The position numbers were made by a program, and so were the translations under genes. From the NCBI GenBank assembly GCA_965198125.1, contig CBDAOQ010000003.1, forward strand, positions 439,890 through 503,889: a stretch of 64,000 bases of DNA. The letters run 5' to 3'. Origin of the DNA: Candidatus Versatilivorator sp. GTDB lineage: Bacteria; Acidobacteriota; Terriglobia; Versatilivoradales; Versatilivoraceae. Below, one piece after another: positions 48,606 to 56,876 of the stretch. The first letter of the stretch is position 1. Every line of letters starts with the position of its first letter. The notes under the pieces were generated by a model. The model did no database searches and was not told where the DNA came from. It was given only the letters and a program-made list of their open reading frames with translations.

Positions 48606-50321
48606 ATGATGGTGTCCGTTTCCTTAATCCTATGGTCGTCATCCATGCACGCCGATTGGACTCGCTTTCGAGGGCCGAACGGCGCCGGGGTCAGCACCGA
48701 CCAGGATCCGCTCCCCACCAACTGGAGCGGGACCCGTAACCTTCAATGGAAGGTCCCGTTACCCGGACCGGGGTCCTCCAGCCCCATCGTGGTCGGCGAT
48801 AAAATCTTTGTTACCTACTGGTCGGGATATGGAATGGATCGCAGAAATCCGGGTGACCTGAAGCAACTGCGCCGCCACCTGATCTGTATCGATCGCCATA
48901 CCGGCAAGACCCTCTGGTCCAAAGCCATCGAGGCCCGGCTGCCGGAAATCGATTACAGCGGGAGGATCACTCAACACGGTTATGCCACGCACACCCCGGT
49001 TTCCGATGGTGAGCACGTCTATGCCTACTTCGGCAAAAGCGGGGCCTTTTGCTTCGACATGGAAGGAAAGCAGGTCTGGCAAAGACACATCGGTATGGAA
49101 TCGGATCCTGAAGGCCGCGGGTCTGCTTCCAGCCCCATCCTCTATAAGCATCTGCTCATTGTCACGGCTACCTCCGAAAGTGAAGCCCTGGTAGGCCTGA
49201 ACAGGAAGACGGGGGAAGTAGTCTGGAGACAGGAGGCTGCAGGCTTGAACGCCACCTGGGGAACTCCCGCACTGGCTCAGGCCGGCCCAAACCGGACCGA
49301 CCTGGTGATCACCGTCCCCAGAGAGATCTGGGGCCTCAATCCGAACACCGGCAGGCTGCGATGGTATTCCTCGGGTCTGCAGTCTGGAAACTCCAATTCC
49401 AGCGCGATTTCCCACGACGGCATCGTCTATGCCGTCGAGTCCGGCGCGGGGGGCGGCGGCGGAGTAGCCGTCCGGGCGGGGGGGAAAGGTGACGTCACCC
49501 AGTCTCGTGTCCTCTGGTCTGCCCGCCATGCCAACCGCACCGCGACACCCATCCTCTACCAGGGGCGCCTCTACACCTTCTCGAACCAGATCGTAACCTG
49601 TATCGATGCCGGAACCGGCACGGAGATTTTCAAGGCCCGCCTAAGAACCGGCAACGCCGTCCCTGCAGCTCAGGGCAGCTTTAGAAGAGGCGGCGGCTTT
49701 GGAAGCAACTATGCATCTCCTGTCATTGGCGACGGCAAGATTTACTTCGTGACGCGCTCCGGGCACGTTTTCGTGCTCAAGGCCAGTGAGCGATTTGAAC
49801 TGTTGGCCGTCAATCGCATGGCGGAAGACGGCGAAGATTTCAGCGCCACACCGGCCATCAGCAAGGGTCTCCTTTTCCTGCGTTCCAACCGAAATCTTTA
49901 CTGTCTCGCACTCAGGGAGGAAGACAGCGGCTCAACCACGCAACAGGCTGAAGCCGTCCCTGATCCAATGGTTCAGGAAGATCCTTCACCTGCGGCCACA
50001 CCGCGCGGGCCGGGCCGATTCGGGGGTCGGCGCCGGGGCCGTGGCGGCTTCGATCCTTCGGTATTCTTCCGGCGTCGCGATGCCAACAACGACGGTAAGC
50101 TCAGCGGCGAAGAGATTCCGGAACGAATGCGCGGCAATCTGGGAAGGATGGATACCGACGGGGACGGCGCGATAACGCTGGCCGAGTTCCGGGAGGCGAT
50201 GAATCAGATGTTCAGGAGAAACCGCTCCCGTTCTCCCGGCCGGGAAGGTGGGGGCTTCGGCGGCCGGAATCGACGCCAGGGCCGTCCCGAGCGACCCCAG
50301 CGTCCCGAATTGGAAAGTTGA
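48606..50321 (+). CDS. Secreted PQQ-like beta-propeller repeat protein with C-terminal EF-hand pair
   Basis: Signal peptide MMVSVSLILWSSSMHA. Repeated PQQ/BamB-like blades (…HVYAYFGKSGAFCFDMEGKQVW…; …LYTFSNQIVTCIDAGTGTEIF…). C-terminal DANNDGKLSGEEI and DTDGDGAITLAEF are canonical EF-hand loops. Gly/Arg-rich tail. Confidence 0.7.
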   Translation: MMVSVSLILWSSSMHADWTRFRGPNGAGVSTDQDPLPTNWSGTRNLQWKVPLPGPGSSSPIVVGDKIFVTYWSGYGMDRRNPGDLKQLRRHLICIDRHTGKTLWSKAIEARLPEIDYSGRITQHGYATHTPVSDGEHVYAYFGKSGAFCFDMEGKQVWQRHIGMESDPEGRGSASSPILYKHLLIVTATSESEALVGLNRKTGEVVWRQEAAGLNATWGTPALAQAGPNRTDLVITVPREIWGLNPNTGRLRWYSSGLQSGNSNSSAISHDGIVYAVESGAGGGGGVAVRAGGKGDVTQSRVLWSARHANRTATPILYQGRLYTFSNQIVTCIDAGTGTEIFKARLRTGNAVPAAQGSFRRGGGFGSNYASPVIGDGKIYFVTRSGHVFVLKASERFELLAVNRMAEDGEDFSATPAISKGLLFLRSNRNLYCLALREEDSGSTTQQAEAVPDPMVQEDPSPAATPRGPGRFGGRRRGRGGFDPSVFFRRRDANNDGKLSGEEIPERMRGNLGRMDTDGDGAITLAEFREAMNQMFRRNRSRSPGREGGGFGGRNRRQGRPERPQRPELES

Positions 50322-50394
50322 TGGCGATGCAGGCTCGGCCAGGGCCGCCAGGCCGGCGGCACTGCTTGCCTGAAACAAACGAAAAAAGACAAAA

Positions 50395-51260
50395 GAAAAA
50401 AGAGTTATCCACGAAGGGCCACGAAGGCGTTGAGGTTAACCGCGACGGGATGCCAAGGTCGCGAAGGGATTATCGATTTCCGATTGTTTCCCTCTGGTTT
50501 GATCCGCACGGCACGGCGGGGGCCGAACTTGTCTGAAACAACGCCTTGTGCCGCGTGGCGGGAAACCCGTTCAATGTCAAGCATAGTTAGACGGCTAATT
50601 TACATGGATGCACAGGATGCACAGGATTATTTGGCGAGAGTTTCCACCGTCATGAGTTCAACCATCGCCTCTGTTCCAACACGGATTTCCCAAAACCCGC
50701 TCCCGGGCTCTTGGATCACTTCCAACACCCACCCGATCATCGAGCGGGTCTGCTTCCTGTGGCGCAGCCTCTCCTGCTGTTTATCCTGTCTATCCTGTGT
50801 ATCCATGTTCAATAAGTAGAAACCCGTTTAGCACGACTTGGCCCTTGTTCCCGACAGGCCATGAAGATTCGTTGTTTCACTCTCGTATGATCCGCCCCGT
50901 CGTGGGGGCGGGGGCCGGACTTGTTTGAAACAACGCCCTGAGCTTGGTGGCTGGAGACCGGTTCAAAGTCAAGCATGAGTAGTTTTTTGATTCACATCGA
51001 TGCACAGGATGCACAGGATTTTTTCTGAAGACTGCTGGCTTGCAGTCCTGGACATCCGCAAATCCGCACTCGATCATTGAGCAAGTCTGCTTCCCGTGCG
51101 GCGGCCTCTCGTGCTGTTTATCCTGTGCATCCTGTGCATCCATGTTCAATAATCCGGAATTCTGAATTAACCTGACAGAGTCTTTGTTCCCGATAGGCCA
51201 GGACGATTTGTTGTTTCACCCTCGTTTGATCGGCCCCGGGGTAGGGTAGCTGGGCCAGGC
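50395..51260. repeat. Tandem composite repeat: C-unit / MITE-B (50599-50814) / C-unit / MITE-B (50988-51152) / partial C-unit
   Basis: Unit period about 390 bp. C-units contain a GC-rich hairpin (CCGCCCCGTCGTGGGGGCGG) followed by the palindrome TTGTTTGAAACAA. The region begins with short CACGAAGGG decamers. Confidence 0.65.
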
Positions 51261-51321
51261 CCGCGGGCAAACGGGAGTTTCCCAAGTGGATAGTAATTGG
51301 ATCCACACGTGAAGCATCTTT

Positions 51322-51447
51322 AGTCGGTCTCGGCGCCATCGTCCAATAAGTGCAACCAAGTCATCAGGCACTTGCCTGTTCCCGAAACCCTCCGCTGACC
51401 ACTCTCCACTCTTCACTCTCCACTCTCCACTCTCCACTCTTCACTAT
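51322..51447. repeat. Partial reverse copy of MITE family E, ending at the M48 gene stop codon
   Basis: The reverse complement of 22911-23000 is recognisable, including CACTCTCCACTCTTCACTCTCCAC repeats. The element terminus coincides with the TGA of the 51447-52439 ORF. Confidence 0.55.
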
Positions 51448-52439
51448 CAGGAGCGACGCTTCAAACGGGGACGGTCGTCATCTTCCGGTTGTGGTTCGTC
51501 CTCTACCCCGACCTCCCCGGGAGTACGGCGCTTCAAGCGGGGCCGCTTTCCTGTCTCTTCCGGTGAGGGTCTCCTGGCATTATCCATGGCGATGAGCCTG
51601 GCCTTGATTCTGTCAAACTCCGTGGTGCTGATGACGTACTGGTCGCGTTCCGGGAGAATCTTTTCAATGTGTGCCTGAGTCTTCTTGATGCGCTTGTGAG
51701 TGGGAGGATGGGTCGAGAAGGCTGTGGCCAACTTGCCGCGCTTTTTCTTCTTCTGGGACTGCAGTTTCTCAAAAAAGGAAACAAATCCATTGGGATCGTA
51801 GCCGGTCTTGTACATGTACTGGAGACCCAGGTAGTCCGCCTCGGTTTCCGCCTTGCGGCTGAACCGCAGGAATTGCATGGGAATCAGGAAGCTGGATGCA
51901 TTGTAGATCGCCGATGCAATCCCTCCGCTGAGAAAGATCAGGGGGACCATGGCATAGTTGGCGATGGTGGCTTTGGTTTGCTGCTCGGTGGCGTGGCGGG
52001 CGGTCACGTGCGCAATCTCATGGGCCATCACGCCCGCAATTTCAGATTCATCGTCGGCTGCGGTGATCAGTCCGCTGTTGACGTAAAGGAAGCCTCCGGG
52101 CAGAGCCATGGCATTGATCTTTTCCGAATCGATCACCTTAATGGTAAAGGGCACCTTGGCGTCGGAATTGCGCACCAGGTTCTGGGCGACCCGGTTCACA
52201 TACTCCGTGACTTCAGGATCTTCAATCAGCTTGACTTGACGTTCGATCTGCTGGGAAAGCTGCCGGCCAAGGGCAATCTCCTTCTGGATCGAAATGAGAT
52301 TCCAGTTCCCCTTGTTGACGTTTCGATTCCCGATCTCGTCCAGGTCGGAGTTCTTGGGGGCCTTGGCAAACGACGGCACACCGCTGACCAGGCTCAATGT
52401 CAAACAGGGTGCGAGCACGTATCTTTGGAGAAACTGCAT
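51447..52439 (-). CDS. M48-family zinc metallopeptidase (HtpX/BepA/LoiP-like), secreted
   Basis: HEIAHV (HExxH) motif plus downstream AETEADYLG glutamate. Signal peptide MQFLQRYVLAPCLTLSLVSG. The track ORF extends to 52463. Confidence 0.8.
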   Translation of the reverse strand: MQFLQRYVLAPCLTLSLVSGVPSFAKAPKNSDLDEIGNRNVNKGNWNLISIQKEIALGRQLSQQIERQVKLIEDPEVTEYVNRVAQNLVRNSDAKVPFTIKVIDSEKINAMALPGGFLYVNSGLITAADDESEIAGVMAHEIAHVTARHATEQQTKATIANYAMVPLIFLSGGIASAIYNASSFLIPMQFLRFSRKAETEADYLGLQYMYKTGYDPNGFVSFFEKLQSQKKKKRGKLATAFSTHPPTHKRIKKTQAHIEKILPERDQYVISTTEFDRIKARLIAMDNARRPSPEETGKRPRLKRRTPGEVGVEDEPQPEDDDRPRLKRRS

Positions 52440-52516
52440 GACGCCCTCCTTCTCAGGTTTCACGTCCCGTAGATTTTTTCCTCACAGGAACAGATGCCGA
52501 CCGAGGCGCAAACGAA

Positions 52517-52553
52517 GTAAGGAATTGGTCAACGTTTCGTAAAGATTCGTCAA
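52517..52553 (+). promoter_or_regulatory. Candidate response-regulator operator: GTAAGGAATTGGTCAACGTTTCGTAAAGATTCGTCAA
   Basis: 78-114 bp upstream of the M48 peptidase start on the antisense strand, the same relative orientation as the other two copies. Confidence 0.5.
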
Positions 52554-52806
52554 GCCTGGAGGCACACTACCAGAGATAGCCCCATAGACAAGATCACCGA
52601 GATCGTCATTGCTCTATTGGTTCCCATCTCTTCCTCCCTTTGTCAATTCCACTCAAAGTTGTTGCCGAATGTTCGCGGTCGACCTTCTCCAGCCCGAGTT
52701 CGGCCTGTCTGTTGCCTCAGCGGCAATAAGGGTGGGTCCGGCCTGAGAACCGAACCCACCCCATCGCTACCAGTACGACCGACCCCACTGTGGAGATGTC
52801 CAGGGA

Positions 52807-53352
52807 TTAGTCTCCGCCGGGACCGTCGCCGGAACGCTCGCGTCTCCGTTGCCCGCGCTTTTCCCAGCCGGCTTTCCGCTTTTCTTGAAACGAACTCCAT
52901 TTCTGCTGCTGCTCGGGTGTCAGGACATTTCTAAGATCCAACCGCGACTTGGCACCGATGGCCACCAACTGGCCCTGGAGCTTCCCATGCTCGCCGGCCA
53001 GAGCGTCGATCTTGGCCGTCTCCCCTGCCTTGACGGCTGTACCCAGAGCCTTGCGGTTGGCCCGCAGTTGCTTGCGGATAGGCTGGGATTGATCCCGGGC
53101 AGCCTTGCGGATCTTTTTGATGTCGGCCTGTTGGGATTCGGTCAATTCCAGGAACTCGGCCACCATGGCACCCCGCATCCCTATCATACCCTTGCCTCCG
53201 GGACCTCGCCCCCGGCCGCCTCCACCTCTGAAGCCTGCGAACTGGCCGAAAGCGGATTCCACCAGGAGAATCGATGCCAGAGCAAAGACCGAGACCGCCA
53301 CGCCTTTCACCAGAATCCTTCCCGTTTGCGTTTTGTTTGAAACTTGGAACAT
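52807..53352 (-). CDS. Spy/CpxP-family periplasmic LTxxQ chaperone
   Basis: 181 aa from MFQVSNK, with a GGAGG Shine-Dalgarno 7 nt upstream. Signal peptide. LTESQQADIKKIRK and LTPEQQQKW are LTxxQ motifs. The track ORF is artificially extended upstream in-frame. Confidence 0.8.
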   Translation of the reverse strand: MFQVSNKTQTGRILVKGVAVSVFALASILLVESAFGQFAGFRGGGGRGRGPGGKGMIGMRGAMVAEFLELTESQQADIKKIRKAARDQSQPIRKQLRANRKALGTAVKAGETAKIDALAGEHGKLQGQLVAIGAKSRLDLRNVLTPEQQQKWSSFQEKRKAGWEKRGQRRRERSGDGPGGD

Positions 53353-53452
53353 TTGAGTTTCCTCCTTTTCTGGAATTTTCAAGAGCCTCCACAACAACCT
53401 TGCTGCTCGCCTGACTCTTACCCCTATATACGTCGCTCCCGGTGAAGGGGGT

Positions 53453-53489
53453 GTAAAGAGTGCGTCAGAGTTCTGTAGAGTTTTGTCAA
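53453..53489 (+). promoter_or_regulatory. Candidate response-regulator operator: GTAAAGAGTGCGTCAGAGTTCTGTAGAGTTTTGTCAA
   Basis: 101-137 bp upstream of the Spy/CpxP-like gene start. It lies between that gene and the ISAs1-type transposase gene. Confidence 0.5.
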
Positions 53490-53601
53490 TGGGTCCGGCC
53501 CCGTCGGCCAGGGCCATTTCATGCTGAGTTCTAAGTGACGCAGGTACAAGGTTAGAAAAAAGGGCTGGCTTTTTCGAGGAGAGTTCTGTATATGTAGAGG
53601 C

Positions 53602-55368
53602 ATGGCGAAAGAGTGTGGAGAGTTCCGACCGGTGGTGAAAGAAGTAAAGGTACGGTTGGCGTGGCCGAAGGAGCGGCGGCGCTGGGACGCACTGATGGAG
53701 GAGCATCATTATCTGGGGTTCAAGCAATTCGCAGGGCGGGGACTGCGCTACGTAGCGGAGTGGGACGGCCGGTGGGTGGCGCTGGTGGGCTGGCAGGGGG
53801 GAGCCTTCAAGTGCGGTCCGCGGGACCGGTGGCTGGGTTGGCACAAGGGGGTGCAGTTTCGCCGGCTGCACTTAATCGGAAACAACACGCGTTTTCTGAT
53901 TCTGCCGGAGGGGCAGGGAGTCAAGAACCTGGGCTCGCACGTATTGGGCCGCAATCTACGGCGGCTGAGCGAGGACTGGGAGCAGACCTGGGGGCACCGG
54001 TTGGAGCTGGCCGAGACCTTCGTGGATCCGAAGCGGTACCAAGGGACGGTGTACCTGGCCTCGAACTGGAAGCGGGTGGGACGGACGCGGGGGTATGGGC
54101 GCTCGAACGGGAGCTGGACCGAGCGGCACGGGGAGCGGAAGGAAATGCTGCTGTATCCGTTGCGGGAGGATGCGCGAGAGCGGTTGCGGGATCCGGAGGA
54201 CCGGCGGGAGTGGAGCTGCCGGGGGGTGGCAGTGGACTACGGGAAGGGGGAGTTGCAGTCGTTGCGGAGGCAGTTGGAAGGGGTAGAGGACTTCCGGCGG
54301 GCGCAGGGGCGCAAGCACCGGATGGCGGCGGTGGTGTCGATCTGCGTGCTGGCGCGGCTGGCCGGGAAGGTGGGACCGACGGAGACGGCACGGTTTGCGA
54401 AGTCATTGACGCAAGAAGAGTTGCGGGTACTGGGCACTTGGTTCGACCCCAAGGCGAACTGCTGGGTTCCGCCATCGCTGGCGACCATCCACCGGGTCCT
54501 GGCACACACGGGCCCGGATTCTCTGGCGCGGCAGGTGCAGCGCTGGACGGCTCCACGCTGCCGGGAGGGGACGGCCTTTGCCGGGGACGGCAAGCGGATT
54601 TGCGGGGCGAACCGTCACGCGAAGGGGAAGCGGCGCTGGGAGACGGTGACGCTGGTGGAACACGGTTCGGGGCTTCCGGTAGCGAGCCACAGTTTCGGCG
54701 AGGAGGGCGGGGAGGTTGCCGCGGTGCGGGCGCTGCTGGAGGAGGTCGACCTGCGCGGGCGCACGGTCACCCTCGACGCCCTGCACACCTGCCGCGACAC
54801 CGAGCGGGCCCTGGTCGAGCAGCATGGAGCCCACTACCTGCTGACGGTGAAGAACAACTGCCCGGAGACCTGCCGGATGCTGGAGACGGTGGACTGGGAG
54901 AGTCGCTCACGGCCTCAGGCGACCCAAGGCCCGGAGAAGGGGCACGGACGAATCGAGACGCGCAGGATCGACACCTTCTGTCCGCCGCCGGGCCTGTTGC
55001 CCTTCTCCCATGCGAAACAAGTCTTCCGAGTGACCCGGAAACGCTACCTCATCAAGGAGGGCGTCGAGACCGTCAGCTTCGCCTACGGCATCACCTCGGC
55101 AGGCCCGCAGCAGGCCGACGCCGCCCAGTTGCTGGAGTGGAACCGCGGCCACTGGAGCATCGAGAACCGCAACCACTACCGCCGCGACACGGTTTACGGA
55201 GAAGACCAGAGCCGGATTCATACCCATCATGGGCCGGCCAACAACGCCACCATCTCCAACGCCGCGCTGGCGATCGTCCTCCACGCCGGATTCGCCAACG
55301 TGCCGGAATCGATCGACCACTATCAGCAGCACCGGGAGGCCGCGCTGGCGACGATCCTCGCCGACTGA
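53602..55368 (+). CDS. ISAs1-family transposase with N-terminal DUF4338-like domain
   Basis: The C-terminal …WNRGHWSIENRNHYRRDTVYGEDQSRIHTHHGPANNATISNAALAIV is the characteristic ISAs1 (DDE_Tnp_1 + associated domain) ending. The N-terminal …WDALMEEHHYLGF…WVALVGWQGGAFKCGPRDRWLGW… resembles DUF4338. IS ends were not resolved. Confidence 0.7.
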   Translation: MAKECGEFRPVVKEVKVRLAWPKERRRWDALMEEHHYLGFKQFAGRGLRYVAEWDGRWVALVGWQGGAFKCGPRDRWLGWHKGVQFRRLHLIGNNTRFLILPEGQGVKNLGSHVLGRNLRRLSEDWEQTWGHRLELAETFVDPKRYQGTVYLASNWKRVGRTRGYGRSNGSWTERHGERKEMLLYPLREDARERLRDPEDRREWSCRGVAVDYGKGELQSLRRQLEGVEDFRRAQGRKHRMAAVVSICVLARLAGKVGPTETARFAKSLTQEELRVLGTWFDPKANCWVPPSLATIHRVLAHTGPDSLARQVQRWTAPRCREGTAFAGDGKRICGANRHAKGKRRWETVTLVEHGSGLPVASHSFGEEGGEVAAVRALLEEVDLRGRTVTLDALHTCRDTERALVEQHGAHYLLTVKNNCPETCRMLETVDWESRSRPQATQGPEKGHGRIETRRIDTFCPPPGLLPFSHAKQVFRVTRKRYLIKEGVETVSFAYGITSAGPQQADAAQLLEWNRGHWSIENRNHYRRDTVYGEDQSRIHTHHGPANNATISNAALAIVLHAGFANVPESIDHYQQHREAALATILAD

Positions 55369-55899
55369 GCCCGGCGAGAGGGACCGAGCCGGGCCGGCAG
55401 GCCCGATGCCCGCGCTCCACTGGGCCTGCAAGGCCCGGACTTGGGTCCAGGCACCTCCAAACCACTCCAATCAGCCTGTCATCCCCCCGAAACTCTACCA
55501 GTCTCACCCATTCTTGGCCCAATACGGTCTCATAAGGGAGTCGACGTTAGAAGAACAGCATGAAAGGACCCTGCCCCGTCGGACGCTTCTTTACGAATCG
55601 TGAGGAGACCCATTCTCCGGAGTGTTGCGAGCCCGGCAACTCACCAGCACGTTCCGGCCATGGCCGGATTTCTTCCCCGGTCTTGACTTCAAAAGGATCC
55701 TCTATTGGAAAGTTGGCTTCTCCATGGGAATCACCGCCATCCGGCAGACGGAAACCCATGTCTGAAACCCTGCCCTTGAGGTGAACGTTGTTATTTAAGT
55801 GATCCTTATTCTTGAGAGTTGAACTCCACCAATCCAAAACAATACCCTTAACTGTTCCGGGACAACCCGGACGGCACCGCTTCACACATCGAGGTTCCT

Positions 55900-56658
55900 A
55901 TGGATCGTTTGCTGGTCGTCGATGACGACACCGAGCTGTGTTCGCTGGTCACCAGGTATCTGGAGCTGGAGGGTTTCCAGGTGGACACCGTCAATAACGG
56001 GCAAGAAGGGATTGAACGCGCCCTTTCGGGCGAGTATTCCTTGGTGGTGCTGGACGTGATGTTGCCGGGGGTCAACGGTTTTGACGCATTGCGACGAATC
56101 CGAACTGAATCGCGAGTTCCCGTGTTAATGCTGTCGGCGAGAGCCGAGGACGTGGAGAGAATCGTGGGACTTGAGATCGGCGCCGACGACTACCTGGCCA
56201 AACCCTTTAATCCGCACGAATTGGTTGCGCGGATACGGGCCATTCTCCGTCGGTCCCAGCCGAACAGAGAGCTTGACGCCGAAAACGTTCATCATCCGCC
56301 CCTGAAGGTGGGAGATATCGAGCTGGACAGGAATGCCTGGAAAGTCATGCGGGCCGGCCAGCCTGTGGAGCTGACCACACTGGAGTTCAACCTCTTGGAA
56401 ATGCTGCTGCGGTCAGCCGGCCAGGTGTTGCCTCGCGAGGTACTCGTTAAAACTTTGCTGGGACGTGAATTCGACCCCTTTGACCGCAGCATCGACATGC
56501 ACGTGAGCAACCTGCGTAAGAAACTGGGCCGCCAGGTGAGTGGCGTCGAACGGATCAGGTCGGTGCGGGGAGTGGGCTATGCTTATCCCAATTCGGACAG
56601 TCCCGTGGAAGAAGGGCTGTCTTCCGTTTCCCGGACTCAAGAGAAGCCTGCCCGATGA
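55900..56658 (+). CDS. OmpR-family response regulator, CpxR-like
   Basis: MDRLLVVDDDTELCSLV receiver N-terminus. LGADDYLAKPFNPHELVARIRAILRRS is nearly identical to the E. coli CpxR segment LGADDYLPKPFNDRELVARIRAILRRS. Winged-helix C-terminus ending RSVRGVGYAY, plus a ~25 aa tail. Confidence 0.85.
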   Translation: MDRLLVVDDDTELCSLVTRYLELEGFQVDTVNNGQEGIERALSGEYSLVVLDVMLPGVNGFDALRRIRTESRVPVLMLSARAEDVERIVGLEIGADDYLAKPFNPHELVARIRAILRRSQPNRELDAENVHHPPLKVGDIELDRNAWKVMRAGQPVELTTLEFNLLEMLLRSAGQVLPREVLVKTLLGREFDPFDRSIDMHVSNLRKKLGRQVSGVERIRSVRGVGYAYPNSDSPVEEGLSSVSRTQEKPAR

Positions 56659-56876
56659 GGAGGTCGGGAATCGGTTGTGGGCACTGATTCAGGAGCGAGG
56701 GCAGTCCACCCTGCCATGGTCTGTCAAGAACCTCAACTGTCCCTTTGCTTCCATTGAGAACACTAAAGGAAACCCGACCCTTTATCTTCCGGACGCCCGG
56801 AACGGATTGAAACCAGTGGGTTACACTACTTGGGTGACGCCAGCAGCACCTGCAGTCCTGACCGATAGCTGAAACC

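Noticed and set aside
50395-51260. Considered whether the regularly spaced ~390-bp repeats, or the decamer array at 63545-63750, could be a CRISPR array
   Set aside because: The repeat units are 160-220 bp MITEs with internal inverted termini, and the spacers are themselves conserved (C-units). The decamers are far too short and degenerate. No cas genes in the window.
48384-53489. Canonical E. coli-type CpxR box GTAAA-N5-GTAAA
   Set aside because: No GTAAA pair with 5-bp spacing is present in these upstream regions. The conserved sites instead have the two GTAAAG half-sites about 22 bp apart. I therefore report a variant operator, not a textbook CpxR box.
53613-55535. 640-aa alternative-frame ORF and several 100-200 aa minus-strand ORFs overlapping the ISAs1-type transposase gene
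   Set aside because: Low-complexity Gly/Arg/Ala/Pro translations. Only the 53602-55368 frame yields the ISAs1 C-terminal signature and the DUF4338-like N-terminus.
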